Source: Lachnospiraceae bacterium
GTDB taxonomy: Bacteria > Bacillota > Clostridia > Lachnospirales > Lachnospiraceae
Assembly: GCA_017463225.1 (NCBI GenBank)
Contig: JAFTPO010000012.1
Coordinates: 607 to 64,606 of the forward strand
Reading direction: 5' to 3'
DNA length: 64,000 nt
Shown in pieces: positions 47,977 through 57,979 of the stretch (the first letter of the stretch is position 1; every line of letters begins with the position of its first letter). The notes under the pieces were generated by a model. That model saw nothing but the letters and a program-made list of their open reading frames with translations. It searched no databases and had not been told where the DNA came from. The position numbers and the translations under genes are program-made.

Positions 47977-48877
47977 TTCAGGAATTTACAGTATCAGACA
48001 AGGCCTTAAGAACATTAGAAGAAATCTTCTCTTTTCACTGGCTTCCATAGGAACCATAGTATCTTGTCTGTTCTTGTTTGGTGTATTTTATTGTATAATT
48101 GTTAACTTTAAGACTGCTATGGATGACTTGGAGAATACAGTAACAGTATCAGTGTTCTTTGAGCCGGGCATATCAGATGGAAATATTAAGCTTATCGGAG
48201 AGCAGATAAGAATTAGAGAAGAGGTTAATACCGTGGAGTATATTTCTCCGGAGCAGGCTTGGGAAACCTATGCAAAGGAGACATATAAGGAGAATTACGA
48301 CGAGGCTATGGAAATATTTGCAGGAGATAACCCTCTTAAGGACAGTGCCTCATATACCATCTCTATGAAGCAACTTGATAAGCAGGCAGAGTTTGTTAAG
48401 TACTTAGAAGGCTTAGATGGAGTAAGAAAGGTTTCCACGTCACAGGCGGTTGCTGATGGTGTAGGTGCTCTTAACAGCGTTGTAACCTTCGCTTCAGTGG
48501 GAATTATTGTTATACTGTTATTAGTATCTATCTTCCTTATTAGTAATACAATTATGATAGGTATTACAGTAAGAAAGGAAGAGATTGCCATAATGAAGCT
48601 TATCGGTGCTACTAACTTCTTCGTAAGAGCCCCATTCATCGTAGAGGGTGTTGTTATCGGATTGGTTGGTTCACTTATTCCACTTGGATTAGTATACCTG
48701 GTATACGACAATGTGGTAAGCTACGTTATAGGACAGTTTGCAGTGGTACAGAATCTATTTGCATTCGTGCCTGTCAATGAATTGTTTGCAGTTCTTGTAC
48801 CTGTATCAGCAGCTATTGGTATAGGACTTGGTTTAATAGGAAGTATTGTAACTACTAGAAAGCATCTTAAGATATAG
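47966..48877 (+). CDS. ftsX: cell-division ABC permease-like protein FtsX
   Basis: TM1, an extracellular domain, then three C-terminal TM helices. Overlaps ftsE. Confidence 0.9.
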   Translation: MRISSGIYSIRQGLKNIRRNLLFSLASIGTIVSCLFLFGVFYCIIVNFKTAMDDLENTVTVSVFFEPGISDGNIKLIGEQIRIREEVNTVEYISPEQAWETYAKETYKENYDEAMEIFAGDNPLKDSASYTISMKQLDKQAEFVKYLEGLDGVRKVSTSQAVADGVGALNSVVTFASVGIIVILLLVSIFLISNTIMIGITVRKEEIAIMKLIGATNFFVRAPFIVEGVVIGLVGSLIPLGLVYLVYDNVVSYVIGQFAVVQNLFAFVPVNELFAVLVPVSAAIGIGLGLIGSIVTTRKHLKI

Positions 48878-48888
48878 TAAGGAGTGAT

Positions 48889-50052
48889 ATGATGCGCAGA
48901 ATATATAAGAGATTTATGGCTATAGTGGCACTTGTAATGGTGTTTTCTATGAGTATGACTGTATATGCCAGCTCTATATCAGAGCTTGAAGAGCAGGTAG
49001 AGGAGGCTGAGGGCAAGAAGGCAGCAGCTCAGGAGATTCTCGACCAGCTTCAGTCAGAGCAGACTAATATATTAGATGCCATTAAGCTTCTTGATGAGCA
49101 GGTTGCAGAGTATACTGCACAGATTACGGAGCTTGAGGCAAAGAAGGATGCCTTAGAGGCAGATATTCAGGTTACCTTAGAGGAGCTTGAGGTTGCTAAG
49201 GAGAACGAGGCGGCACAGTATGAGGCGATGAAGTCCCATATTCAGTATGCATATGAAAGTGGAGATGTGACTTACATTGAGACATTATTTACATCATCAG
49301 ATGTATCAGATATTGTTAACCAGACAGAGTATGCTGAGCAGATTCTTAATTATGATACCAATATGCTCAATGAGATGATTGATATCAAGAAGACTATTGC
49401 CACTACTCAGCTTGAGCTTGAGACTAATCTTGCTGCAGTTGAAGAGATTGAGGCAGAGGTTACTGAGAACAAGGAAGCAGTTGAGCTTATGATAGAGGGT
49501 AAGCAGGTTCAGGCTGCTAACTATGCTTCTTCTATAGAGGATTACGAGGAGAAGATAGCTGCTATTCAGGCAGATATTGATGCAACTAATGCAACCATAG
49601 CAGAGATGGAGGCAGCTGCAGAGAGAGCCCGTCAGGAGGCTTTGGCTGCGGGACAGGAAGTTCAGATATATTACACTGGTGGAACACTTCAGTGGCCGGT
49701 ATCAACAGGTGGTGTTATTACATCTCCTTTCGGACCAAGATGGGGAACTGTACATCAGGGACTTGATATAGGATGTTCTACAGGAACACCAATCGTTGCA
49801 TGTGAGGCTGGTACAGTAATCGGTGCTGCGTATAGTAGCTCTATGGGTAACTATGTACTTATAGACCATGGCGGCGGAGTAACTACAGTATATATGCACA
49901 ATTCATCACTTTGTGTAGGCTATGGACAGACAGTTTCAAGAGGAGAGGTTATTGCTCTTGCAGGAAGCACAGGTAATTCAACCGGACCGCACTGTCACCT
50001 TGGACTTAGAATTAACGGTTCTTATGTGGACCCACTTCCATATTTACAGTAG
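48889..50052 (+). CDS. coiled-coil M23 metallopeptidase (EnvC/PcsB-like murein hydrolase or activator)
   Basis: Signal peptide, ~230-aa coiled coil, C-terminal M23 domain (HQGLDIG.., GNYVLIDHGGG.., GSTGNSTGPHCHL). Confidence 0.88.
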   Translation: MMRRIYKRFMAIVALVMVFSMSMTVYASSISELEEQVEEAEGKKAAAQEILDQLQSEQTNILDAIKLLDEQVAEYTAQITELEAKKDALEADIQVTLEELEVAKENEAAQYEAMKSHIQYAYESGDVTYIETLFTSSDVSDIVNQTEYAEQILNYDTNMLNEMIDIKKTIATTQLELETNLAAVEEIEAEVTENKEAVELMIEGKQVQAANYASSIEDYEEKIAAIQADIDATNATIAEMEAAAERARQEALAAGQEVQIYYTGGTLQWPVSTGGVITSPFGPRWGTVHQGLDIGCSTGTPIVACEAGTVIGAAYSSSMGNYVLIDHGGGVTTVYMHNSSLCVGYGQTVSRGEVIALAGSTGNSTGPHCHLGLRINGSYVDPLPYLQ

Positions 50053-50067
50053 TTAGGAGAGAATGTA

Positions 50068-51252
50068 GTGTTAAAGAAGAAAATTATAGCACTTGTTGCT
50101 ATGGGGGCACTTTCACTATCCTTAGTTGGATGTGAAAATATATTTAACAAGAAGGAGGATTCATCCTCTGGGATATATGATAAGGAAGTAGAGAAGAAGG
50201 TTGATGAGATTAATGGTTACATCGATGAGTATTTCTACTTTGAACAGGACGAGGAGGCCAAGGAGGAGGCTATATACGATGGTATAATGGCAGGTCTCAA
50301 CGATCCATATTCTGTGTATTACACACAGGAGGAGTTTCAGCAGCTTATGGAGGAGAACTCCGGAGAATATGTTGGAATCGGTGCGGTTGTGACTCAGGGA
50401 GCAGATAAGACTATATCTATAGTAAGACCTATACCAGGCAGCCCGGCAGAGGAAGCGGGACTCATGGCAGAGGATATCGTGGTGCAGGTTGAAGACCTTG
50501 AGATTACCAACGAGGACTTGGAATTTGTAGTAGATATGATAAGAGGCGAGGAGGGAACAGAGGCCTATATTAAGGTTTTCCGTCCAAGCATCAATGATTA
50601 TCTAGAGTTTAATATTACTAGAAGAACTGTAGAAAATGTAACGGTGACCTCTGAGATATTAGATGATAATATAGGATATATTCAGGTTACACAGTTCTAT
50701 GAGAATACTGATGAGGAATTCATAGCTGCAGTTGAGGATATGAAGTCTAAGAAGGTTAAGGGAATTATCGTAGATATGAGAGATAATCCTGGCGGATTGC
50801 TTACATCTGTAGTTAATATGTGTGATTACATTATGGATGAAGGCCCTATTCTTACTACAAAGGATAAGAATGGAAAGGTTATCCAGAAGTTTGACTCTAC
50901 AGATGAGCAGTCACTTGACATACCTATGGTTGTTCTTGTAAATGGAAACAGCGCCAGCGCATCAGAAATCTTTGCCGGAGCTATGAAGGATACAGGCAAG
51001 GCAGAGCTGGTAGGAACAACTACGTTTGGAAAGGGTATAGTTCAGTCAGTTATGCCACTTTCCGATGGAACAGCAATTAAGATAACCATAGCAAAATATT
51101 TTACCCCTGCAGGTACCGATATACATGAGCTTGGAGTTGAGCCGGATTATGTGGTTGAGCTTCCAAACTACGCTACTTCAGCGGTAAATGTTAAGCGCGA
51201 GGATGACACTCAGCTTGATAAGGCTATAGACATAATATATCAGTTGAATTAG
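50068..51252 (+). CDS. S41 carboxy-terminal processing protease (Ctp) with PDZ domain; lipoprotein-type signal
   Basis: LVGC lipobox, PDZ (PIPGSPAEEAGL), DMRDNPGG, NGNSASASEI, GTTTFGKG. Confidence 0.9.
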   Translation: MLKKKIIALVAMGALSLSLVGCENIFNKKEDSSSGIYDKEVEKKVDEINGYIDEYFYFEQDEEAKEEAIYDGIMAGLNDPYSVYYTQEEFQQLMEENSGEYVGIGAVVTQGADKTISIVRPIPGSPAEEAGLMAEDIVVQVEDLEITNEDLEFVVDMIRGEEGTEAYIKVFRPSINDYLEFNITRRTVENVTVTSEILDDNIGYIQVTQFYENTDEEFIAAVEDMKSKKVKGIIVDMRDNPGGLLTSVVNMCDYIMDEGPILTTKDKNGKVIQKFDSTDEQSLDIPMVVLVNGNSASASEIFAGAMKDTGKAELVGTTTFGKGIVQSVMPLSDGTAIKITIAKYFTPAGTDIHELGVEPDYVVELPNYATSAVNVKREDDTQLDKAIDIIYQLN

Positions 51253-51256
51253 TATG

Positions 51257-51293
51257 AAAATGCTGAGGTGATTTAGGTTACTTCAGCATTTTG
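51257..51293 (+). terminator. intrinsic terminator
   Basis: AAAATGCTGAGGT pairs with ACTTCAGCATTTT (one G.U pair). Confidence 0.5.
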
Positions 51294-51302
51294 TGATATA
51301 AT
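51294..51302 (+). promoter_or_regulatory. extended -10 element (TGaTATAAT)
   Basis: TG 51294-51295 and TATAAT 51297-51302. The -35 is weak. Confidence 0.4.
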
Positions 51303-51328
51303 GGATAGGTAGCATAGGAGGGATTGTT

Positions 51329-51868
51329 ATGTATGAGAATATTTTGGGGAGACCCATACCTGTTGTAAATGAGAAGACGGTGCGAGGGAATTACAAAAAG
51401 CTTACTAATCTTCTGATTGATAATAAACTTAGTATCACAACTATGGAGAGTGCAACCTCGGGACAGATAGCTTCATTGATAACTGATACAGAAGGGGCTT
51501 CAGCTATATTTAAGGGGGCATATGTGACTTATTCCAATGAGATGAAGATAAAGTGTGGTGTTCCTGCTGAGACCATAGAGAGATATTCGGTGTACTCAAA
51601 GGAAACTGCAGAGGCTATGGCTGTTGCATGTAAGGAGGCATTTGGGGCAGATATAGGGATAGGTGTAACAGGCACTATGGGAAATGTAGACCCGGCCAAT
51701 CTGAAAACTTCTCAGCCTGGAATGATATATTATGCCATAAGTATAGGGGATAAGATAGCAAGCTATGAGAGAAAGCTTTTTCCACAGCCAAGTCGCTATA
51801 TGTATAAGCTGGCTGTAGCAGATATGATATGTGCATCCATTATGGAGTTAATTGAAGAAGTTAAATAG
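51329..51868 (+). CDS. CinA C-terminal-domain protein (nicotinamide-nucleotide amidohydrolase PncC-like)
   Basis: ITTMESATSGQIAS.., YSNEMK.., GVTGTMG: CinA_C pattern. Confidence 0.82.
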   Translation: MYENILGRPIPVVNEKTVRGNYKKLTNLLIDNKLSITTMESATSGQIASLITDTEGASAIFKGAYVTYSNEMKIKCGVPAETIERYSVYSKETAEAMAVACKEAFGADIGIGVTGTMGNVDPANLKTSQPGMIYYAISIGDKIASYERKLFPQPSRYMYKLAVADMICASIMELIEEVK

Positions 51869-51876
51869 ATTGATGA

Positions 51877-52003
51877 AATAAAAAAGAAAAAACCAGGAGA
51901 CAATATACTTTCTTGGCCGGCCTGCCTAGGATCGGTCCACGCTGACACTAACACGGTCAGCTTAGTCCCGACCACTGTCGCGGCTGGATTATAAGTATAT
52001 ATC
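51877..52003 (+). repeat. structured GC-rich core (51905-51977) nested in a terminator hairpin; copy C
   Basis: Outer stem AAAAAACCAGGA..ATATACTT pairs with AAGTATAT..TCCTGGTTTTTT. The core aligns with copies A and B. Confidence 0.8.
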
Positions 52004-52119
52004 CTGGTTTTTTCTTTTTAAACCACAAGTTAAAGGAATTTAAATCCGTTTCCTGCTATCATTATATTAGAAGAAAGTGGTGAATATGACTGCTTATAGA
52101 GTGATTGTGATAGGGAGGA

Positions 52120-54105
52120 ATGTGTATGTCAAAGCTTAATTTGTTAGCACCGGATTACAGGGTTAAGTATTTTAATGATGGAAAGGGAGGTAAGGCAAAA
52201 TATCTTAATATTCCACAGAAATTTGGTAGAAAGGAGCTTGTAAGCGACATAAAGGCAGGAGCGGTTCAGTATAAGGAGTGCCTGGAGCTTTTTGACAAAG
52301 GTCTTTCTAGAGTGGTTTTAATTGGATGTGCCAGTGAGGAGGATGGTTATATGGCTGCATCGTATTTGGCAGCTATGGAGAATAAGAGACTTGGATTAAA
52401 GCCTGTTATAAGTGAGGATGATCTTGCGGGACAAAATAATTTGTCTGATGAGGAGGTTAGAAAGACATATAAGGATTTATCCGGGGATAATCGATATTAT
52501 GATGAATACAGTGATGCAGATAACTTTTCAAAAAGAACAGAGGGATTCTGGATTGAAGATGCTTATCGTATGCCGGTGATAAAGGTAAGTGAGTTGCGTG
52601 GATATGAGCCAGCTCCGTTTTTTCCGGGAACTATGAATATGGCGCAGATAAAAACAGACGATCCTACAATTCCATATTGGTATAATTGTACCAGAGAACC
52701 AATATGTATAATTTTAAGTCAAAGCGATAGAAGTGCAGGTTTGGATTTGGTGAACAGAAGTATGGATATGTTTGAGAGCAACAGAAACGTGTATGTTATA
52801 ATTCAGGACATTGCCCTTAATTCCGAATTCCAGACGGTTGAAAATTATTCAATACCTTTTAGATTCTACAATGATGACACTACGGTATGTAATTTTGTTC
52901 TTGAAAATACTGCAGATTATTTACAGATAAAGGTAGATGAGGAGGCTCTTAAGAATTTTAGGGTAACTCAGTTTGAGAATTGGCTTGATCGTCTTAATCT
53001 TAAGCTGGAGAAGAATTTTCCAAAGCGTTCATATGTTAATAAGATAATAAAGATTAACAAGGCATCTAAGTCAGAGCTTATGTCTTTGGTATTAAAGTAT
53101 GTGAAGCTTAACAAGAAGGATGGGGATAATGTTCTTATCAAGGATGATTTTAAGATACTTACTAAATTCAAAAGCTTAGGGGCGGAGACCGGGGCTGAGG
53201 ATAGTATGAAATCCAGCCTTCGACTGGAGAATGAGCTTGTAGGTATGGAGGGAGTAAAGCGTCAGGTTAAGGAGATAGTTGCTCTTATGAATTACAATCG
53301 TGCTAGAGAGGAACTGGGCTTTGGAAAGAGTAATTTTCATAATGTTCACCTGCTTATAGGAGCTCCTGGAACTGCAAAGACCACAGTGGCTAAGCTAATG
53401 GGCAATATGATGTGCGAACAGAAGCTTATAAGGGGCAATAGGTTTATCTCTGTCAACGGTGCAGACCTTAAGGGTATGTACGTGGGACATTCAGCTCCTA
53501 AGACCAAGGCACTTTTCGAGGATTATGACATCATACTTATAGATGAGGCATATTCATTGATGACACAGGGAAAGGGCTCGGATTCATTTAGCCAGGAGGC
53601 TATGGCGCAGCTTATTATAGAGATAGAGGAACATGCTATGGATAAGCTGGTGTTTTTCGCAGGCTATGGCGGACTGGGAGTAAGTGAGAAGGATAACCGT
53701 ATGAAGCAGTTTATCGACGGCAATCCCGGCCTTAAAAGTAGAATAAATTCTACTATATATTTTGAGTCCTACACACCTGATGAGATGGTTGAGATACTTC
53801 ACTGTCAGGCAAAGACCTTTAGGTTTAAGCTTGATGAGAATGTGAATGGAATAGTCAGAGACTTTTTTATAAGAAGAGTTAATGATGAGAATTTTGGAAA
53901 TGGTAGAGAGGCTAGAAGTCTTCTTGAAAACGCAACGATTTTTGCAGCTTCAAGGGTTATGAAGCTACCTGAGTCAAAGCGCACTAAGAGAGCATTTGAG
54001 ACCATCATTTACGAGGATGTAAAGAATGCTATAGATAGAATGGAGTCAAGCAATATGCTTCAGACAGGGCGAAAGGACAGGGTTGTAGGATTTATAGGCG
54101 CATAG
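52120..54105 (+). CDS. AAA+ ATPase of the CbbX/SpoVK type with an uncharacterised ~380-aa N-terminal region
   Basis: Walker A GAPGTAKTT, Walker B ILIDEAYSL. The C-terminal lid resembles SpoVK/CbbX. I recognise no motif in the N-terminal half. Confidence 0.8.
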   Translation: MCMSKLNLLAPDYRVKYFNDGKGGKAKYLNIPQKFGRKELVSDIKAGAVQYKECLELFDKGLSRVVLIGCASEEDGYMAASYLAAMENKRLGLKPVISEDDLAGQNNLSDEEVRKTYKDLSGDNRYYDEYSDADNFSKRTEGFWIEDAYRMPVIKVSELRGYEPAPFFPGTMNMAQIKTDDPTIPYWYNCTREPICIILSQSDRSAGLDLVNRSMDMFESNRNVYVIIQDIALNSEFQTVENYSIPFRFYNDDTTVCNFVLENTADYLQIKVDEEALKNFRVTQFENWLDRLNLKLEKNFPKRSYVNKIIKINKASKSELMSLVLKYVKLNKKDGDNVLIKDDFKILTKFKSLGAETGAEDSMKSSLRLENELVGMEGVKRQVKEIVALMNYNRAREELGFGKSNFHNVHLLIGAPGTAKTTVAKLMGNMMCEQKLIRGNRFISVNGADLKGMYVGHSAPKTKALFEDYDIILIDEAYSLMTQGKGSDSFSQEAMAQLIIEIEEHAMDKLVFFAGYGGLGVSEKDNRMKQFIDGNPGLKSRINSTIYFESYTPDEMVEILHCQAKTFRFKLDENVNGIVRDFFIRRVNDENFGNGREARSLLENATIFAASRVMKLPESKRTKRAFETIIYEDVKNAIDRMESSNMLQTGRKDRVVGFIGA

Positions 54106-54141
54106 AACCTGAGTGCCTAACATAATTGAATATTCATAGGT

Positions 54142-54216
54142 CAAAGAGTTACCTTTATAATTGTATTTTAATTTAAAATGTAATACAATTACAGTAGGTA
54201 GCTCTTTGTTTTTTTA
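54142..54216 (+). terminator. long-stem intrinsic terminator
   Basis: CAAAGAGTTACCTTTATAATTGTAT pairs imperfectly with ATACAATTACAGTAGGTAGCTCTTTG, followed by T7. Confidence 0.6.
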
Positions 54217-54220
54217 GACA

Positions 54221-54249
54221 TTGGGACGCTTATACTTTTTCGCTATAAT
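54221..54249 (+). promoter_or_regulatory. sigma-A-type promoter
   Basis: TTGGGA 54221-54226, 17-nt spacer, TATAAT 54244-54249. Confidence 0.5.
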
Positions 54250-54260
54250 GAGGGATAAAC

Positions 54261-55472
54261 ATGAACAGTAAGAAATGGTTAAAAAGAAGAAAACGATTAT
54301 TTGAGATAATAGAGGTGGGAAGCTACTTTGACAAGGTTAGTAAGGCATATGATTATGTCAATATATCATCAATAATTATTAATCTGATTGTCAGCGTTAT
54401 GTTAACCTTTCAGGAGCTTGTTACGGATTATGGAACTATACTTTTGACTATAGAAAAGGTGACGGTTGCATTCTTTGGAATAGATTATTTGTTTAGATTG
54501 ATAACAGCGAAGTTCTTATATCCAGAGGAGACAGAGGGACAAGCTCTTAAAAAGTATGTGTTTTCCTTTACAGGCTTGGTGGACTTGCTTTCATTTCTTC
54601 CTTACTTCCTTCCGGTATTCTTCCCGGCAGGAACGGCTGCGTTTAGAATGATACGTATAGTTAGAATATTGAGATTGTTCAGGATTAATGCTTATCATGA
54701 TTCCTTAAGTGTTATCACCGAGGTTTTAAGTAGTAAAAAACAGCAGCTGGTTTCGTCAGTATTTATTATTTTGGTACTTATGCTGGCATCTAGTCTTTGT
54801 ATGTATAGTTTAGAGCATCAAGCTCAGCCGGAAGTATTTTCCAATGCATTTTCAGGTATATGGTGGGCGGCTTCAACACTGCTTACTGTAGGCTATGGAG
54901 ATATATATCCCATAACTTTCCTAGGCAAGGTATTTGGTATATTTATAACCTTCCTGGGAGTGGGTATGGTAGCAATACCAACAGGTATTATATCTGCGGG
55001 ATTCGTAGACCAGTACACTAGGATTAAGAAAAAATCCCTGTATGGCTACAGAATAGATATGCATTTTATCAAGATATTGGTAAAGGATACTGACAGATGG
55101 GCAGGTATGAGAATAGCAGATTTAAAGCTTTCCTCAGGTATGGTTATTGCAGCTATTAAGAGAAAGGATAATATCATCATCCCTAGAGGAGATGTGGTGC
55201 TTGAAACTGATGATATGGTTGTATTGGGTGCAGAGCCATTTGAGGATGATGATGAGAGAATCACACTAAAGGAGGTTGTAATCCAAGAGGAGAATCCATG
55301 GTGTGGTAAAAAGATTAGAGATTTGGATATTTCAAGACATTCGGTTATTGTACTGGTTAAGCGTAAGAATAAATCCCTTATTCCAAATGGTAATATGGTT
55401 ATTCAGGACAATGACAGAATATTCTTATATACCCATAAGTACTTTGCAGGTGCCAGTGAGATTGACATATAG
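54261..55472 (+). CDS. potassium channel (6TM voltage-sensor-like plus pore) with two C-terminal RCK_C/TrkA-C domains
   Basis: Selectivity filter TVGYGD. S4-like segment RMIRIVRILRLFRI. Two TrkA-C-like repeats. Confidence 0.88.
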   Translation: MNSKKWLKRRKRLFEIIEVGSYFDKVSKAYDYVNISSIIINLIVSVMLTFQELVTDYGTILLTIEKVTVAFFGIDYLFRLITAKFLYPEETEGQALKKYVFSFTGLVDLLSFLPYFLPVFFPAGTAAFRMIRIVRILRLFRINAYHDSLSVITEVLSSKKQQLVSSVFIILVLMLASSLCMYSLEHQAQPEVFSNAFSGIWWAASTLLTVGYGDIYPITFLGKVFGIFITFLGVGMVAIPTGIISAGFVDQYTRIKKKSLYGYRIDMHFIKILVKDTDRWAGMRIADLKLSSGMVIAAIKRKDNIIIPRGDVVLETDDMVVLGAEPFEDDDERITLKEVVIQEENPWCGKKIRDLDISRHSVIVLVKRKNKSLIPNGNMVIQDNDRIFLYTHKYFAGASEIDI

Positions 55473-55516
55473 ACAGAAAAGGTTGGATTTGTTTTTGATA
55501 ATGAAGGAGGAATTAT

Positions 55517-57979
55517 ATGCCAAACAAAAGAGATGGTTTGCTTGTTACGTATAATGTATCTACAGGAAGGTTTGTCTATCCTGAAAATATGGGAAATGTT
55601 TTTTGGGGGAATTACGATTCGAGACCACTGTGGCAGATTTTCGAACAGGATGAGGTAGCGTCTGATGTTTCTATTGCTGCTCTTAAGGAGAAGCTTGTTG
55701 AGGCTATGAACAGTCAGCTTCCGCAGGCAAAATACGTTGAGCATATGCTTAGGACAAGCCAGGGGGAATGGAGATGGACTCATATAGGCTTTATCGCCCA
55801 GGGCAAGGGGAAAGATGTGCTTATGACCTTGGCTGATATAGATGTGGAGGTCAAAAACGGAAATGGATATTTGCGAGTGTCAGAATTTGATGACTTCTCC
55901 GGATTGTACAACCGAAATGGTTTTACTAAACAGGTGGACAGAATACTTGAGACAGATAGAAGTGGAATATCAACAGGTGAGTATGCACTTTGTTGCTTTG
56001 ACGTTCTTAGATTTAAGGCTATTAATGATTTGTTTGGACCATCTGAGGGTGACCGACTTCTCATATATATAGCTAATGTTTTGAAGAATAATCTGAATTC
56101 GGATGATATTGCCTGTCATCCGGGCTCAGACAGATTTATATATTTTACACGTAGTAAGGGGGCTGAGCTGGTAAATCTTATCAGCAAGATTCACAGTGAT
56201 ATATCAGCATTTGACATTCCTTTTGAGATAGCCTGTAATACAGGAGTCTATGTGACTACAGGAAACGGGCTTTCCGTGGATTCTATGCTGGATAGAGCGG
56301 TGCTTGCCCAATCAGCTATTAAGGGTAGCTATACCATAAAGCATAATTTTTATACCGAAGAGCTTAGAAATACTATGCTGGGTGAGCAGGAGATAGTTGG
56401 TATTATGAACAATGCTTTGGAGGAAGAGCATTTTGTGGTATATTATCAGCCGCAATATAACCATTCTACAGGTATGCTTTTAGGTGCGGAGGCGCTTGTA
56501 AGATGGAATCATCCGGACAGAGGACTTATATCTCCAGGACTATTTATCCCAATATTCGAGAAAAATGGATTTATAACAAAGCTGGATATGTATGTTTTCG
56601 AACAGGTTTGTAAATTCCTGAAAAAATGTATGGATAAAGGACTTGCAACAGTACCTATATCTACTAATTTCTCAAGACATGATTTGTTTATGGCTGATTT
56701 TGTTGAGAAGCTGGAGGAAATAAGAACTAAGTATGAGGTGCCGGTTAAGCTTCTTAGGGTAGAGATAACAGAGTCAGCAGTTATGGCCAGCAGTAGCTTA
56801 ATAAATGACGTGGTGAAAGCCCTTCATGATAAGGGATATGTGGTTGAGATGGATGACTTTGGAAGTGGTTATTCCTCATTAAATGTACTTAAGGATATAG
56901 AACTTGATGTAATAAAGCTTGATATGCTATTCCTGTCAGAGCAGACCACCAGCAATAGAGGCGGAACTATTCTAAGCTCAGTAGTTCGTATGGCTAAGTG
57001 GCTTGATATGCCGGTAATTGCCGAGGGAGTGGAAACAGTTAAGCAGGCCGATTTCCTAAGAAGTATAGGTTGTGATTATATACAGGGATATCTTTATTCA
57101 AGACCAATTCCGGCAGATGAATTCGAGGAAATATTATCTGGAAGCTCAGTTGGTGCTGTAGTGCCACAGATGAGGCTTATTGACACCTTGAATGCTTGTG
57201 ATTTCTGGAATCCGGCATCTCAGGAGACTTTAATATTTAGCAATTATGTTGGTGGAGCTGCAATCTTTGATTATCATGATGATACTATGGAGGTTTTAAG
57301 AGTTAACCAGAAGTATCTAAGAGAGCTAGGTATGAATCTGTCTGAGAAGGAAATTATCGAGTCAGATCCAACAGGTTGGCTTGATGATAACGAAGTAGAT
57401 AAATTTAAAGAGATGCTACATAAGGCCATAGACACCATGGAGGAGCAGGAATGTGAGACCTGGGGAACTGTAAGGTCAGCATGCTGTGGTGAGGAAAGGC
57501 TTTGCGTTAGACATACAGTAAGACTGATAGGAAAGAGTGATAATAATTATCTATTCTATACTACCATAAGAAATATTACCGCCGAAAAGAGTCTCTTTGA
57601 TAAGTATCAGGACGATGAAAAGAGATTTAAGGTGGCCACAGAGCATGCAAATGTTTATTTCTGGGAGTATAACATCATAACTAAGGACATGAGACCATGC
57701 TTTAGATGTATGAGGGATTTAGGACTTCCTGCACTGGTAAGAAATTATCCACAGCCTCTGTTCGATATGGGTATAGTTCCGGAGGATTACGAGCAGATGT
57801 ATAGAGACTGGATGAAGGAGATAGACCAGGGTAAGGATGACCGTGAGGAGGTAGTACCTCTTACCGTTGGCAGAATACCATTTAAATTTAAGTACACTGT
57901 TGAGAGAGATGAGAATGGCAGACCTATCAAGGCATATGGTTCAGCCACAATAATCAATGGTGTAGTAGATGATTTATAA
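55517..57979 (+). CDS. multidomain c-di-GMP protein: N-terminal PAS-like, degenerate GGDEF (GSDRF), intact EAL, C-terminal PAS-like repeats
   Basis: The GGDEF position reads HPGSDRF. EAL residues are present: EALVRW, EITES, DDFGSGYSSL, KLD, EGVET, QGY. Confidence 0.9.
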   Translation: MPNKRDGLLVTYNVSTGRFVYPENMGNVFWGNYDSRPLWQIFEQDEVASDVSIAALKEKLVEAMNSQLPQAKYVEHMLRTSQGEWRWTHIGFIAQGKGKDVLMTLADIDVEVKNGNGYLRVSEFDDFSGLYNRNGFTKQVDRILETDRSGISTGEYALCCFDVLRFKAINDLFGPSEGDRLLIYIANVLKNNLNSDDIACHPGSDRFIYFTRSKGAELVNLISKIHSDISAFDIPFEIACNTGVYVTTGNGLSVDSMLDRAVLAQSAIKGSYTIKHNFYTEELRNTMLGEQEIVGIMNNALEEEHFVVYYQPQYNHSTGMLLGAEALVRWNHPDRGLISPGLFIPIFEKNGFITKLDMYVFEQVCKFLKKCMDKGLATVPISTNFSRHDLFMADFVEKLEEIRTKYEVPVKLLRVEITESAVMASSSLINDVVKALHDKGYVVEMDDFGSGYSSLNVLKDIELDVIKLDMLFLSEQTTSNRGGTILSSVVRMAKWLDMPVIAEGVETVKQADFLRSIGCDYIQGYLYSRPIPADEFEEILSGSSVGAVVPQMRLIDTLNACDFWNPASQETLIFSNYVGGAAIFDYHDDTMEVLRVNQKYLRELGMNLSEKEIIESDPTGWLDDNEVDKFKEMLHKAIDTMEEQECETWGTVRSACCGEERLCVRHTVRLIGKSDNNYLFYTTIRNITAEKSLFDKYQDDEKRFKVATEHANVYFWEYNIITKDMRPCFRCMRDLGLPALVRNYPQPLFDMGIVPEDYEQMYRDWMKEIDQGKDDREEVVPLTVGRIPFKFKYTVERDENGRPIKAYGSATIINGVVDDL

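Noticed and set aside
16046-52003. The repeated cores might be a CRISPR array, or an integron attC or self-cleaving ribozyme motif.
   Set aside because: The copies are 10-26 kb apart and in mixed orientation, so they are not a CRISPR array. No RYYYAAC/GTTRRRY attC ends are present. I could not find hammerhead (CUGAUGA..GAAA) or twister-like conserved cores by eye.
55403-55783. 126-aa minus-strand ORF spanning the K+ channel end and the GGDEF-EAL start.
   Set aside because: It spans two supported plus-strand genes and their spacer. It is a shadow ORF.
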